Origin: Gammaproteobacteria bacterium
GTDB lineage: Bacteria > Pseudomonadota > Gammaproteobacteria > SZUA-140
Assembly: GCA_020847075.1 (NCBI GenBank)
Contig: JADLCS010000046.1
Span: 70,295 to 134,294 of the forward strand
Reading direction: 5' to 3'
Length of the DNA: 64,000 nucleotides
The translations under genes and the position numbers were made by a program. The stretch's first letter is position 1. Every line of letters begins with the position of its first letter. Of the stretch, positions 45,131 through 56,162 are shown piece after piece. Below the pieces are notes generated by a model. It did no database searches. It saw only the letters and a list, made by a program, of their open reading frames with translations, and was not told the DNA's origin.

Positions 45131-46123
45131 ATGAACAAGGCGGGCATCCTGGTCACCGGCGGAGCGGGCTATATCGGCAGCCATGTCGTCAAGCAATTGG
45201 GGGAACGCGGTGAACGGGTGGTGGTGCTCGACAATCTGTGCACGGGGTTCCGCGACTCCGTGCTCTGCGGCGAGTTCGTCGAGGGCGACAGCGGCGACAT
45301 GGCGCTGGTCGAGCGCGTGCTGCGCGAGCATGCGATCCAATCGGTCCTGCACTTCGCCGCCCACATCTGGGTGCCGGAATCGGTGGCCGACCCGCTCAAG
45401 TATTACCGCAATAACACCGTCAACACGCGCAACCTGCTCGAATGCTGCGCGCGCGCCGGCATCGAACATTTCGTGTTCTCCTCCACCGCGGCGGTATACG
45501 GCACGCCGGCGGTGGACCTGATCCCGGAGCAGACGCCGACCGCGCCGATCAATCCCTACGGCAGCTCGAAGCTGATGAGCGAATGGATGCTGCGCGACCT
45601 GGCCCGGATCGACCCCATGCGCTACGTCATCCTGCGCTATTTCAACGTCGCCGGCGCCGACCCCGGCGGGCGCATCGGCCAGTCCACGCCGGAATGCACC
45701 CATCTGATCAAGATCGCCTGCGAGGCCGTCACCGGCAAGCGTTCCCAGGTCCATGTCTTCGGCACCGACTACCCGACCCCGGACGGCAGCGGCGTACGCG
45801 ACTACATCCATGTGGAGGACCTCGCCGGCGCCCACCTCAAGGCGCTCGATTACCTGCGCGGCGACGGCGCCTCCACCGTGCTCAACTGCGGTTACGGCCA
45901 CGGCTACAGCGTACGCGAGGTCCTGGACGCGGTGCAGCGCGTCACCGGAACCCGGCTGGACATCGTCGAATCCCCACGCCGGCCGGGCGACCCGCCGACC
46001 CTGGTCGCGGATTCGAGCCGTATCCGCGCGGCCATCGGCTGGGAGCCGCGCTACGACGACCTCGATTTCATCATCGAAACGGCGCTGGGCTGGGAACGCA
46101 AACTGCGCGCGCGGGAACGCTGA
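45131..46123 (+). CDS. galE: UDP-glucose 4-epimerase
   Basis: ATG at 45131 within ORF 44990..46123. ILVTGGAGYIGSH, YGSSK, RYFNVAGA. Confidence 0.88.
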   Translation: MNKAGILVTGGAGYIGSHVVKQLGERGERVVVLDNLCTGFRDSVLCGEFVEGDSGDMALVERVLREHAIQSVLHFAAHIWVPESVADPLKYYRNNTVNTRNLLECCARAGIEHFVFSSTAAVYGTPAVDLIPEQTPTAPINPYGSSKLMSEWMLRDLARIDPMRYVILRYFNVAGADPGGRIGQSTPECTHLIKIACEAVTGKRSQVHVFGTDYPTPDGSGVRDYIHVEDLAGAHLKALDYLRGDGASTVLNCGYGHGYSVREVLDAVQRVTGTRLDIVESPRRPGDPPTLVADSSRIRAAIGWEPRYDDLDFIIETALGWERKLRARER

Positions 46124-46197
46124 CCCGCGCTTCCGCTCCCGCGGCGGCCGATGCATAATGGCGGCCTATCCATCCGCCAGCGCACGACCGGAATCCC

Positions 46198-47916
46198 ATG
46201 AGACTCGCCCGCTACCTCCTCGCCACCGTCAAGGAAACCCCGGCCGACGCCGAGATCATCAGCCATCAACTGATGCTGCGCGCCGGCATGATCCGCCGCC
46301 TCGCAGCCGGGCTCTATACCTGGATGCCGCTTGGCCTGCGCGTGCTGCGCAAGGTCGAGGCCGTCGTGCGCGAGGAGATGGACCGCGCCGGGGCGCAGGA
46401 GGTGCTGATGCCGGCGGTGCAGCCCGCCGAGCTGTGGCAGGAATCGGGACGCTGGGAGTTCTACGGCCCCGAACTGCTGCGCCTGAAGGATCGCCATCAG
46501 CGCGACTTCTGTTTCGGCCCGACCCACGAGGAGGTCATCACCGACCTGATCCGGCGCGAGATCCGCAGCTACAAGCAACTGCCGGCCAACTTCTATCAGA
46601 TCCAGACCAAGTTCCGCGACGAGATCCGCCCGCGCTTCGGCGTGATGCGGGCGCGTGAATTCCTGATGAAGGACGCCTATTCCTTCCATCTCGACCAGAC
46701 CTCGCTGCAGGAGACCTACGACGAGATGTACCGCGCCTACACGCGCATCTTCACCCGGCTCGGCCTCGAATTCCGCGCCGTACGCGCCGACACCGGCGCC
46801 ATCGGCGGCAGTCATTCGCATGAATTCCACGTCCTCGCCGCCTCCGGCGAGGACGCCATCGCCTTCGCCAGCGAAGGCGACTACGCCGCCAACGTGGAGC
46901 TGGCCGAGGCGCGGCCGCCGGCGCAGGCGCGGCCGGACGCGCGCGCCGAACGGCGCGAGGTCGCGACGCCGCAGCAACACACCATCGCCGAGGTGAGCGG
47001 ATTCCTCGGCGTGCCGCCGTCGCAATGTCTCAAGACGCTGCTGGTGAAGGGCGCCGAAGGCGGGATCGTCGCGCTGGTCCTGCGCGGTGACCACGAACTC
47101 AACGCGATCAAGGCCGGCAAGTTGCCGGAGGTGGCCGATCCGTTCACCTTCGCAAGCGCGGAGGAGATCAGCGCCACCGCCGGCTGCGGCGCCGGTTCGA
47201 TCGGGCCGGTCGGTCTGGCGGTGCCGACGATCGTCGATCATGCCGCGGCGCAGGCCGCCGACTTCGTGTGCGGGGCGAATCGCGACGGCTTCCACCTGAC
47301 CGGCGTGAACTGGGGCCGCGATCTGCCTGAGCCGCGCACCGCCGACCTGCGCAACGTCGTCGACGGCGACCCCTCACCCGACGGCCGCGGGACGCTCGCG
47401 ATCCGGCGCGGCATCGAGGTCGGCCACATCTTCCAGCTCGGCCAGAAATACAGCGTAGCCATGAACGCCGCCTGCCTGGACGAACAGGGCCGCAGCGTCA
47501 CCATGACCATGGGCTGCTACGGCGTCGGCGTCTCGCGCATCGTCGCCGCCGCGATCGAGCAGAATCACGACGAACGGGGCATCGTCTGGCCGGAGGCGCT
47601 GGCGCCGTTCGCGGTCGTGCTGATCCCGCTGAACGCGCACAAGTCGCACCGCGTGCGCGAGGCGGCGGAGCACCTGTACCGGGAGCTACGGGAACAGGGC
47701 ATCGAGACCCTGTACGACGATCGCGGCGAACGCCCCGGCGTGATGTTCGCGGATGCCGATCTCATCGGCATCCCCCACCGCCTGGTGGTGGCCGAAAAGG
47801 GCCTCGACGCCGGTACCGTCGAATACAAGCACCGGCGCGGCGAAGAAGTGCGACACATTCCGCTGTCCGAGATCGTCCCCCGGCTCAAGTCCGCCCGCGC
47901 GACAACCGATATCTAG
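46198..47916 (+). CDS. proS: Proline-tRNA ligase
   Basis: 572 aa. [41 protein letters not shown] and an editing-domain insertion. Confidence 0.95.
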   Translation: MRLARYLLATVKETPADAEIISHQLMLRAGMIRRLAAGLYTWMPLGLRVLRKVEAVVREEMDRAGAQEVLMPAVQPAELWQESGRWEFYGPELLRLKDRHQRDFCFGPTHEEVITDLIRREIRSYKQLPANFYQIQTKFRDEIRPRFGVMRAREFLMKDAYSFHLDQTSLQETYDEMYRAYTRIFTRLGLEFRAVRADTGAIGGSHSHEFHVLAASGEDAIAFASEGDYAANVELAEARPPAQARPDARAERREVATPQQHTIAEVSGFLGVPPSQCLKTLLVKGAEGGIVALVLRGDHELNAIKAGKLPEVADPFTFASAEEISATAGCGAGSIGPVGLAVPTIVDHAAAQAADFVCGANRDGFHLTGVNWGRDLPEPRTADLRNVVDGDPSPDGRGTLAIRRGIEVGHIFQLGQKYSVAMNAACLDEQGRSVTMTMGCYGVGVSRIVAAAIEQNHDERGIVWPEALAPFAVVLIPLNAHKSHRVREAAEHLYRELREQGIETLYDDRGERPGVMFADADLIGIPHRLVVAEKGLDAGTVEYKHRRGEEVRHIPLSEIVPRLKSARATTDI

Positions 47917-47993
47917 AGGGTATCCGCCACCCGCGCCGCCCGTCGCAGCGGGGTGGGGGACGGTAACCGGGCCACCGGGCCCAGACCCTCGCC

Positions 47994-48575
47994 ATGCACC
48001 GACGCCTCGCGACACTGCTGCTCGCCTCTGCCCTGCTGGTCACCACGGCGCGGGCCGCCGTCATCGAACAGCGGGACGACCCCCAATTGCGCACGGCCCT
48101 GCTCACGGCGATCCAGGACAACAACAGTTTCGAGGACCGCTTCGAGGCCGAGGTCTGGCTGATGGATATGTCCAACCGCCTGCGCAAGCGGATGCCGGAC
48201 GCGCAGGAACGCATTGAGCTGCTGAAGATGATCCACTTCGAGGCCGCGCGCGTGGACGTGCCGCCCGAGCTGGTACTGGCGGTGATCGAGGTGGAGAGCA
48301 ATTTCGACCGCTGGGCGGTATCGAGCGCGGGCGCCCAGGGGTTCATGCAGGTGATGCCGTTCTGGCTGGCCGAGCTCGGCCGTCCCGACGACAGTCTGCA
48401 ACAACCGCACATCAACCTGCGCCTCGGCTGTACGATCCTGCGCTATTATCTCGATCGCGAACGCGGCGACCTCAGGCGCGCGCTCGCGCGCTACAACGGC
48501 AGCCCGCTCATCCACATGAACAGCTACCCGCAGCGCGTGCTGGACGCACTGCGGATCCGCTGGTACCGGCAATAA
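47994..48575 (+). CDS. Lytic transglycosylase (SLT domain), secreted
   Basis: 193 aa with a signal peptide. AVIEVESNFDRWAVSSAGAQGFMQVMP. Confidence 0.85.
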   Translation: MHRRLATLLLASALLVTTARAAVIEQRDDPQLRTALLTAIQDNNSFEDRFEAEVWLMDMSNRLRKRMPDAQERIELLKMIHFEAARVDVPPELVLAVIEVESNFDRWAVSSAGAQGFMQVMPFWLAELGRPDDSLQQPHINLRLGCTILRYYLDRERGDLRRALARYNGSPLIHMNSYPQRVLDALRIRWYRQ

Positions 48576-48662
48576 AAATGGGGACAGATTTATTTTTCCG
48601 TCTCCGGCCCTAGCCGGATATGCCGCCGTGGGCGGAAAATAAATCTGTCCCCATTTTTTATT
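48571..48662. terminator. Unusually long AT-rich inverted repeat (about 29-bp stem, 32-nt structured loop); bidirectional terminator candidate
   Basis: aataaaaatggggacagatttatttttccg ... cggaaaataaatctgtccccattttttatt, with two 1-nt bulges and T-runs on both strands. Lies between the convergent SLT gene and ilvD. Confidence 0.6.
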
Positions 48663-48672
48663 CCATTTTTTC

Positions 48673-50352
48673 CTACTCGTCCGTCACGCAGCCCTGCGAG
48701 GCGTCCTTCACGTTCTTGATGAATTTGTAGAGCGTGCCGCGCGTCGCCTTGTACGGCGGCATATGCCAGTCGGCCCGGCGGCGCGCCAGCTCCGCGTCGG
48801 CCAGGTCCACCGACAGGGTGTTGGCGGCGGCGTCGATGGTGATGAGGTCGCCGTCGCGGATCAGCGCGATCGGTCCGCCCTCCTGGGCCTCCGGCACCAC
48901 ATGACCGATGATGAAGCCGTGCGAGCCGCCGGAGAAACGGCCGTCGGTGACCATCGCGACGTCATTGCCCAGGCCCGCGCCCATGATGGCCGAGGTCGGC
49001 GTCAGCATCTCGGGCATGCCGGGGCCGCCCTTGGGGCCTTCATAGCGGATCACCACCACGTCCCCCTTCAAGATCCCGCCCTGCTCGAGCGCGGAGAGCA
49101 TGTCCTCCTCGGCGTCGAACACGCGCGCCGGCCCCGCGAAGCGCACACCTTCCTTGCCGGTGATCTTGGCCACGGCCCCACCCGGCGCGAGATTGCCTTT
49201 CAGGATGCGGATATGCCCGCTCGCCTTGATCGGGCGCTCGAGTGGCAGGATCACCTGCTGCCCCGGCGTCAGCCCGGGGACATCGGCCAGGTTCTCGGCG
49301 AGGGTACGGCCGGTGACGGTCAGGCAACTGCCGTCCAGCAGGCCGTGTTCGAGCAGATATTTCATCACCGCCGGCGTGCCGCCGACCTTGTGCAGGTCTT
49401 CCATCACATATTTGCCGCTCGGTTTCAGGTCCGCGATGAAGGGAATGCGGTCGCTCACGGCCTGGAAGGCGTCGATGGTCAGCTCGACATCGACGGCGCG
49501 GGCCATCGCGATCAGATGCAGCACCGCGTTGGTCGAACCGCCGAGGGCCATCACCACGACCATCGCATTTTCGAATGCGGCGCGCGTCATGATGTCACGC
49601 GGCTTGATGTCGCGCTCCAGCAACTCGCGGATCGCGGCGCCGGCGCGGCGGCATTCGTCGATCTTGCCCGGATCGACCGCCGGCGTCGAGGAGCTGTACG
49701 GCAGGCTCATGCCCAGGGCCTCGATGGCGGCGGCCATGGTGTTCGCGGTATACATGCCGCCGCAGGCCCCCGGACCGGGGCAGGAATGCCGCACGATATC
49801 CTCGCGCGTGGCCTCGTCGATGCGGCCCGCGATGAACTCGCCGTAGCTCTGGAAGGCGGAGACGATATCGAGCGTGCGCTCCCCCGCATGGCCCGGCTTG
49901 ATCGTCCCGCCGTAGATCATCAACGCCGGACGGTTCATGCGCCCGATGGCGATCATGCAGCCGGGCATGTTCTTGTCGCAGCCCGGGATGGAGATGTTGG
50001 CGTCGTACCACTGCCCGCCCATCACGGTCTCGATCGAATCGGCGATGATCTCGCGCGACTGCAGGGAATAACTCATGCCCTTGGTGCCCATCGAGATTCC
50101 ATCGCTGACGCCGATGGTGTTGAAGCGCATGCCGACGAGCCCGGCCGCCTGCACCCCCTCCTTCGCATAGGCCGCGAGGTCGTTGAGGTGGATATTGCAG
50201 GGGTTGCCTTCCCACCAGACGCTGGCGATGCCGACCTCGGCCTTGGTCATATCCTCCTCGGTGAGGCCGGTGCCGTAGAGCATGGCCTGGGAGGCCCCCT
50301 GGGACTTCGGGGCGGTGATGCGGCTGCTGTACTTGTTTAACTTGCGGGACAT
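48673..50352 (-). CDS. ilvD: Dihydroxy-acid dehydratase
   Basis: ATG at 50352 within ORF 48673..50490 ([29 protein letters not shown]). [26 protein letters not shown]. Confidence 0.95.
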   Translation of the reverse strand: MSRKLNKYSSRITAPKSQGASQAMLYGTGLTEEDMTKAEVGIASVWWEGNPCNIHLNDLAAYAKEGVQAAGLVGMRFNTIGVSDGISMGTKGMSYSLQSREIIADSIETVMGGQWYDANISIPGCDKNMPGCMIAIGRMNRPALMIYGGTIKPGHAGERTLDIVSAFQSYGEFIAGRIDEATREDIVRHSCPGPGACGGMYTANTMAAAIEALGMSLPYSSSTPAVDPGKIDECRRAGAAIRELLERDIKPRDIMTRAAFENAMVVVMALGGSTNAVLHLIAMARAVDVELTIDAFQAVSDRIPFIADLKPSGKYVMEDLHKVGGTPAVMKYLLEHGLLDGSCLTVTGRTLAENLADVPGLTPGQQVILPLERPIKASGHIRILKGNLAPGGAVAKITGKEGVRFAGPARVFDAEEDMLSALEQGGILKGDVVVIRYEGPKGGPGMPEMLTPTSAIMGAGLGNDVAMVTDGRFSGGSHGFIIGHVVPEAQEGGPIALIRDGDLITIDAAANTLSVDLADAELARRRADWHMPPYKATRGTLYKFIKNVKDASQGCVTDE

Positions 50353-50520
50353 CGTCTTCTCCAATCCACTGCCGGGCGTTTGAACGTATAATACAGGCCC
50401 TACAGCATAGCAGAGTGGCACGGAAACCCGGCGCGGGGGTCCGCCTCCCCACCGTCGGGGTCCGTGGGCCCCGGGCGCCGGTCCTGTCACCTCAAGCCAT
50501 TGTTATCCCGGGGAAAGGGT

Positions 50521-51354
50521 ATGAATGCGGAAAAGCTCGAACGAAAGCTGCTGAACTACATGGGCAAGGCGATCGCCGATTACAATATGATCCAGCGCGG
50601 CGACCGCATCCTGGTGTGTCTCTCCGGCGGCAAGGACTCCTATACCCTGCTCACGCTGCTGAACAAACTGCGCCTGCGTTCCCGCCAGCGTTTCGAGATC
50701 TTCTCCTACACCCTCGACCAGGGGCAACCGGGCTGGAACGACGGCGCGATGCGCGCCTGGCTGCAGGCCAGCGGGATTCCCCACGTCATCGAGACGCGCG
50801 ACACCTATTCGGTCGTGATCGACAAGGTCCCGGAGGGCAAGACCTATTGTTCGTTGTGCTCGCGCCTGCGACGCGGGAACATCTACCGTTTCGCGACGGA
50901 ACACGGTTTCAACAAGATCGCGCTCGGCCACCATCGCGACGACCTGATCCAGAGCCTGCTGATGTCGATCCTCTACAGCGGCGAGATCCGCTCCATGCCG
51001 CCGAAACTACTGACGGACACCAAGCGGCACATCGTGATCCGCCCCCTCGCCTACTGCCAGGAGCGAGACATCCAGGCCTACGCGCAGACCCGGGATTTCC
51101 CGCTCATTCCGTGCAATCTGTGCGGCTCGCAGGAGAACATGACGCGACGCAAGATCAAACGACTGATCCACGATCTGGCCGGCGACAACCCGAAGATCCC
51201 GAGCAACATCCTCAACGCCTTGGGCAATCTTCAGGTCAGCCAGCTCATGGACCGCTCGCTGTGGAATTTCCGTGAACTCGAATCCCTGATGGAACACGAT
51301 GCCGGCATGGTACCGGCCCAACACCCCGAGGACTCGTCCCAGGCCCTGTGGTAG
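50521..51354 (+). CDS. ttcA: tRNA 2-thiocytidine(32) synthetase
   Basis: ATG at 50521 within ORF 50464..51354. PP-loop [10 protein letters not shown], plus [10 protein letters not shown] and CNLCGSQ. Confidence 0.9.
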   Translation: MNAEKLERKLLNYMGKAIADYNMIQRGDRILVCLSGGKDSYTLLTLLNKLRLRSRQRFEIFSYTLDQGQPGWNDGAMRAWLQASGIPHVIETRDTYSVVIDKVPEGKTYCSLCSRLRRGNIYRFATEHGFNKIALGHHRDDLIQSLLMSILYSGEIRSMPPKLLTDTKRHIVIRPLAYCQERDIQAYAQTRDFPLIPCNLCGSQENMTRRKIKRLIHDLAGDNPKIPSNILNALGNLQVSQLMDRSLWNFRELESLMEHDAGMVPAQHPEDSSQALW

Positions 51355-51618
51355 GCGTGCCTCGGTACGACGCCCCGCCCCCGAACGCGTGGCGCAACGA
51401 TCCGCGCCGCCACCGTGAATATTCACGCAAGCCGCCGACTCGCCGAAGTAACGCCGGCGGCTCGACTACCGCGTCGTGACGATGATGCCCTCGAGGCACG
51501 CCGCGATCTCCTCGTATGGAAGAGTTTCCCGAGACCCGGCGCGCGCGCTCGATGACCCGATCCGCAGGCACCCGTTCAAGAACAGCCGCGTGAATCCGCG
51601 GCATCGCCGGACATGCAA

Positions 51619-51655
51619 CAAAAAAGGCCGCTCACGTCCGTGAGCGGCCTTTTTC
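51619..51655. terminator. Bidirectional intrinsic terminator
   Basis: aaaaaa-ggccgctcac-gtcc-gtgagcggcc-ttttt. A second hairpin lies at 51660-51685 just after the stop of the 26-aa peptide. Confidence 0.7.
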
Positions 51656-51704
51656 GAGCGACATGCCCCCGCGGCGGGGGATGTCGCCGGAGAGCAGCAT
51701 CCTT

Positions 51705-51785
51705 TCAGAGATGGGCGATGAACAGCGCCACCGAAACCGCGATCCCGACAATACCCAGCAATCCCGATACCTTCTGCTCGAACAT
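51705..51785 (-). CDS. Unannotated 26-aa single-TM peptide (peptide C)
   Basis: ATG at 51785, with AGGGGGA 7 nt upstream and an in-frame TAG just above, so this is the only start. Translation MFEQKVSGLLGIVGIAVSVALFIAHL. Two hairpins follow downstream. Confidence 0.5.
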   Translation of the reverse strand: MFEQKVSGLLGIVGIAVSVALFIAHL

Positions 51786-52002
51786 TATCCGTTCCCCCTA
51801 AGACCTGTTATGGACACGTTCACCCCGCACCGGATCTCGGTACAGGGCGCGGGTTTACCTTAGCAAATTAATAAGGAAATAGGAACGGGGTCCGGGGCGG
51901 CGCGCATACCATGCGGACCCGGATACGGATCGCCGCGGTGGAAACCGATGCCGTCCCTGGCATCGAGCCCTTGTTTTCAGGCTTATTTTTCCCTGAGGGG
52001 GG

Positions 52003-52083
52003 TCAGGACATATGCGAAACGAACAGCAGCAGGGACAAGCCGATCAGGGTGAGGCTCAACAGGACTGAAGCGGTATTTTCCAT
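52003..52083 (-). CDS. Unannotated 26-aa single-TM peptide (peptide D; could extend to 33 aa from 52104)
   Basis: ATG at 52083 with AAGGGAG 8 nt upstream. Translation MENTASVLLSLTLIGLSLLLFVSHMS. Shares the C-terminal LF[IV][AS]H[LM] with peptide C. Confidence 0.5.
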   Translation of the reverse strand: MENTASVLLSLTLIGLSLLLFVSHMS

Positions 52084-52330
52084 AGTCATATCTCCCTTCA
52101 TCATTGTGGTTGGTCATCTAAGCCGGGCCGCCGCCGACCGATTTCCGACTTGGCAGGGCCATGGGTCCATTCTATTCCCATTTTTTATAATTGTATATTT
52201 TATAAGGTATTTATGACTATTTTACTCAGGTTTACCCCGCCGCGGAGACATGGCGCGCCGTGTGCAAGGCAGATGGGCGGAGCGCAGATGCCGTAAAATG
52301 CGCAGACATACTCTCGGAGACCGTCACCCG

Positions 52331-53647
52331 ATGCATGCCGATACCCCCCAGTTCGTCGACTGGTTTCGCAGTTCCTCGCCTTATATCAACGCCTTTCGCG
52401 GGCGCACGTTCGTCATCGTCTTCGGTGGAGAGGTCATTTCGGAACAGCGCTTCACCGGTCTCGCACACGACATCGCCCTGCTGAACAGCCTGGGCATCCG
52501 CCTGGTCCTCGTCCATGGCAGCCGTCCCCAGATCGAGCAACGGCTGCGCGAGCGCAAGGTGCGGATGCAGTACGTGCGCGGCCTGCGCATCACCGACAAG
52601 GACTCGCTCGAGTGTGTCAAGGAAGCGGCGGGGGTGGTCTCGGTCGAGATCGAGGCGATGCTGTCCATGGGGCTCGCCAACACGCCGATGGCGGGCGCGC
52701 GCATCCGCGTCGCCTCGGGAAACTTCGTCACGGCACAGCCGCTGGGCATACTGGAAGGCATCGATCACCTCTACACCGGTAAGGTGCGCCGCATCGATCA
52801 TCAGGCGATACAACAGCAGCTCGACGGCGGCGCCATCGTCCTGCTCTCCCCGATCGGCTATTCACCGACCGGAGAGGTCTTCAATCTGACGGCGCTGGAA
52901 GTGGCCTCAGCGACCGCGGTCGCGCTGAAGGCGGACAAGATCCTGTATCTGGTCGAGGCGCACGGTCTCGAAGACGCGAACGGACGGCTGCTGCGCGAGC
53001 TGACGCCTTCCGGCGCGGAACGCGAACTCTCCGGGAAACCCGATCTGCCCCAGACGATGGTCGAAGTGCTGCGGTACGCGGTCGAGAGCTGCCGCTCGGG
53101 CGTACGGCGCGCGCATCTGATCGATCACCGCCGTGATGGCGCGTTGCTGCTCGAGCTGTTCACCCGCGACGGCATCGGCACCATGATCTCCACCGACCTT
53201 TACGAGGGGACCCGCCAGGCGACCATAGAAGACGTGGGCGGCATCCTGACCCTGATCGCGCCGCTGGAGCGGGAGGGGATCCTGGTGCGGCGCTCACGCG
53301 AGCACCTGGAGATCGGCATCGGACAGTTCACCGTCATCGAGCGCGACGGCATGGTGATCGCCTGCGCAGCGTTCCAGCCCTTCGCGGAAGAACGGGTGGG
53401 CGAACTCGCCTGTCTCGCCGTGCATCCGGATTACCGGCACAACGGGCACGGCGAGGCCCTGCTGCGACTCATCGAGAGCGAGGCCAGGAAACGGGGGATC
53501 GATCGCCTGTTCGTGCTCACCACGCACGCGTCGCACTGGTTCCAGGAGCGCGGATTCCAGTCGGCCGAGATCGGCCGACTGCCGGTGGCACGCCAAGCCA
53601 TGTACAACTATCAGCGCAATTCCCAGGTGCTCATCAAGACGCTGTGA
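52331..53647 (+). CDS. argA: Amino-acid N-acetyltransferase (N-acetylglutamate synthase)
   Basis: ATG at 52331 within ORF 52250..53647. Close to E. coli ArgA along its whole length (FRSSSPYINAFRGRTFVIVFGGE...HWFQERGF...YNYQRNSQVL). Confidence 0.93.
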   Translation: MHADTPQFVDWFRSSSPYINAFRGRTFVIVFGGEVISEQRFTGLAHDIALLNSLGIRLVLVHGSRPQIEQRLRERKVRMQYVRGLRITDKDSLECVKEAAGVVSVEIEAMLSMGLANTPMAGARIRVASGNFVTAQPLGILEGIDHLYTGKVRRIDHQAIQQQLDGGAIVLLSPIGYSPTGEVFNLTALEVASATAVALKADKILYLVEAHGLEDANGRLLRELTPSGAERELSGKPDLPQTMVEVLRYAVESCRSGVRRAHLIDHRRDGALLLELFTRDGIGTMISTDLYEGTRQATIEDVGGILTLIAPLEREGILVRRSREHLEIGIGQFTVIERDGMVIACAAFQPFAEERVGELACLAVHPDYRHNGHGEALLRLIESEARKRGIDRLFVLTTHASHWFQERGFQSAEIGRLPVARQAMYNYQRNSQVLIKTL

Positions 53648-53674
53648 GACGTACGGCCAGCCGGGCGCGGACGA

Positions 53675-55033
53675 TCACTCGCGCGCCGCGGCCGCGGCGG
53701 CCAGTTTTTTCTCCAGATAATGGATATTGGTGCCGCCGGCCTGGAACGCGGCGTCGTGCATCAGATCGCGGTGCAGGGGGAGATTGGTCTTGATCCCCTC
53801 GATGATGAACTCGGTCAGCGCCATGCGCATGCGCGCGATGGCCGACTCCCGCGTATGGCCATAGGCGATGACCTTGCCGATCATGGAATCATAGAACGGC
53901 GGCACGATATAGCCGTTATAGATATGGGAATCGATACGGATCCCCGGCCCACCCGGCGGATGATACTGGGTGATGGTGCCCGGCGACGGGGTAAAGGTGC
54001 GCGCATCCTCGGCGTTGATGCGGCACTCGATCGCGTGACCATTCGGCCTGATATCGGACTGCCTGAGCGCGAGCGGTTCACCCGCCGCGATGCGGATCTG
54101 CTCCTTCACGATATCGATGCCGTACACCATCTCGGTCACCGGATGCTCCACCTGGAGCCGGGTATTCATCTCGATGAAATAGAAACGGCCCTTTTCGTAG
54201 AGAAACTCGAAGGTGCCGGCGCCGCGATAGCCCGTCTCCAGGCAGGCCTTGACGCACTGGGCGCCGATGCGGTTTCTCTGCTCCTCGGTAATGCCCGGCG
54301 CGGGGGCCTCCTCGATGACCTTCTGATGGCGCCGCTGCATGGAGCAATCGCGTTCACCGAGATGGATCGCGTTGCCCTGGCCGTCGGCCAGCACCTGGAT
54401 CTCGATATGGCGCGGATTTTCGAGATACTTCTCCATGTAGACCGTGGCGTTTCCGAACGCGGCCTCGGCCTCCGAACGCGTCATGCTGACGGCGTTGGCG
54501 AGGGCGGCGTCGCTGTGCACGACGCGCATGCCGCGCCCGCCTCCGCCTCCGGCGGCCTTGATCAGCACCGGAAATCCGATGCTGCGCGCGATCTCCAGAT
54601 TACGTTCCGGATCCTCGCCCAGGGGACCATCCGAGCCCGGGATGCAGGGGATGCCCGCCGCCTTCATCGCCTTGATGGCCTCGATCTTGTCGCCCATCAG
54701 CCGGATCGTCTCGGGACGCGGGCCGATGAAGACGAAACCGCTCTTCTCCACCCGGTCGGCGAAGTCGGCGTTCTCGGACAGGAAACCGTAACCGGGATGG
54801 ATGGCCACCGCATCGGTGACCTCCGCGGCGCTGATCAGGGCCGGGATGTTCAGATAGCTTTCCGCCGACGACGGCGGGCCGATGCACACCGATTCGTCCG
54901 CCAGACGGACATGGATCAGGTCGCGATCGGCGGAGGAATGCACCGCCACGGTCCGTATGCCGAGCTCATTGCAGGCGCGCAGGATGCGCAACCCTATCTC
55001 ACCACGATTGGCGATGACGATTTTCTCGAACAT
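53675..55033 (-). CDS. accC: Acetyl-CoA carboxylase biotin carboxylase subunit
   Basis: 452 aa. [21 protein letters not shown] and an ATP-grasp body. Confidence 0.96.
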   Translation of the reverse strand: MFEKIVIANRGEIGLRILRACNELGIRTVAVHSSADRDLIHVRLADESVCIGPPSSAESYLNIPALISAAEVTDAVAIHPGYGFLSENADFADRVEKSGFVFIGPRPETIRLMGDKIEAIKAMKAAGIPCIPGSDGPLGEDPERNLEIARSIGFPVLIKAAGGGGGRGMRVVHSDAALANAVSMTRSEAEAAFGNATVYMEKYLENPRHIEIQVLADGQGNAIHLGERDCSMQRRHQKVIEEAPAPGITEEQRNRIGAQCVKACLETGYRGAGTFEFLYEKGRFYFIEMNTRLQVEHPVTEMVYGIDIVKEQIRIAAGEPLALRQSDIRPNGHAIECRINAEDARTFTPSPGTITQYHPPGGPGIRIDSHIYNGYIVPPFYDSMIGKVIAYGHTRESAIARMRMALTEFIIEGIKTNLPLHRDLMHDAAFQAGGTNIHYLEKKLAAAAAARE

Positions 55034-55045
55034 GGAACCCGCGGC

Positions 55046-55501
55046 CTATTCGATGACGAACAGCGGCTGGCCGTATTCGACCGGCTGGCCGTTCTCGACC
55101 AGGATCGCCGCCACGACGCCGGCCTTGTCCGATTCGATCTGGTTGAGCATCTTCATCGCCTCGATGATGCACAAGGTGTCGCCGCTGTTGACCCGTTGAC
55201 CCACTTCGACGAAGGGCGGCGAACCGGGGGCGGGAGAGCGATAGAAGCTGCCGACGATCGGCGAGGTGATGGTGTGCCCCTTCGGCGGCGGGGGCGCGGC
55301 CGTCTCCGCGGCGACGGCCGCCACGGCGGGCTGAACCGCCGGCGCCGGCGCCGCCATCATCGGCGCCGCGCTCATGATCGTCTGCACCGCCTTGCCGTGA
55401 CGACTGATGCGTACCGATTCCTCGCCCTCCTGGACCTCGATCTCGGCGAGATCGGATTCTTCCAGCAGCTCGATCAGTTTCTTTATCTTTCGAATATCCA
55501 T
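55046..55501 (-). CDS. accB: Acetyl-CoA carboxylase biotin carboxyl carrier protein
   Basis: 151 aa. Ala/Pro linker and biotinylation motif IEAMKMLN. Confidence 0.95.
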   Translation of the reverse strand: MDIRKIKKLIELLEESDLAEIEVQEGEESVRISRHGKAVQTIMSAAPMMAAPAPAVQPAVAAVAAETAAPPPPKGHTITSPIVGSFYRSPAPGSPPFVEVGQRVNSGDTLCIIEAMKMLNQIESDKAGVVAAILVENGQPVEYGQPLFVIE

Positions 55502-55509
55502 ACCGGCAG

Positions 55510-55962
55510 TTATGAGTCCTTGTGCTCGTCTAGACGTTGCGCCGCCGCCCGCAGCGCAAGCTCATAGCCCACGGCGCCGAGCCCGCTGATCACACCGGCC
55601 GCGAGATCGGAAAAATACGAGGTCCGGCGAAACGCCTCGCGCGCGTGGCTGTTGGACAGGTGCACCTCGATGAACGGCACCGCGACGGCGGCGAGGGCGT
55701 CCCGCAAGGCCACGCTGGTGTGCGTGAGGGCGGCGGGGTTGATGATGATGAAACGGATCTGCTCGTCCGGGGCCTTGTGCACCCGCTCGACCAGCTCGTG
55801 TTCCGCATTGCTCTGAAAGAATGACAGCTTGAGTCCGAACTCCCTGGCGAGCGCCGTCAGCCGCTTGTTGATCTCGGCAAGCGACTGCCCGCCATAATGG
55901 CCGGGTTCCCGCCGGCCGAGGAGGTTCATGTTGGGCCCGTTGAGTACGAGGATCGTCGCCAT
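55510..55962 (-). CDS. aroQ: Type II 3-dehydroquinate dehydratase
   Basis: 150 aa. [21 protein letters not shown] and [12 protein letters not shown]. Confidence 0.93.
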   Translation of the reverse strand: MATILVLNGPNMNLLGRREPGHYGGQSLAEINKRLTALAREFGLKLSFFQSNAEHELVERVHKAPDEQIRFIIINPAALTHTSVALRDALAAVAVPFIEVHLSNSHAREAFRRTSYFSDLAAGVISGLGAVGYELALRAAAQRLDEHKDS

Positions 55963-56162
55963 TCGTTATTCTGTCGGTTCCCGGCACGATACGCACCGAT
56001 AAAGACCGATTACGGGAAAATCATCCTGAACGGCGAAGAGGCCGCCCGCTACGGCGGCTATTGTGCAACGTTGCTGGGGAAATGTCTATCTGACCACGAA
56101 TTCTCGTCCCGATCGCCGAAGTTAGAAACCGATCAGGAAATGTGGCGGCCGGAACCGCCCGT

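Noticed and set aside
51705-52083. Resemblance of the 26-aa peptides (TM helix with His near the end) to purple-bacterial light-harvesting alpha/beta polypeptides or to MgtS-like small proteins.
   Set aside because: At 26 aa they end right after the His, whereas LH polypeptides are about 45-65 aa with the His mid-helix and a conserved aromatic C-terminal tail. The similarity is limited to composition.
52084-52330. ARG boxes (ArgR operators) in the AT-rich region upstream of argA.
   Set aside because: The region is AT-rich, but I found no TGAAT-N4-ATTCA-type 18-bp box or tandem pair.
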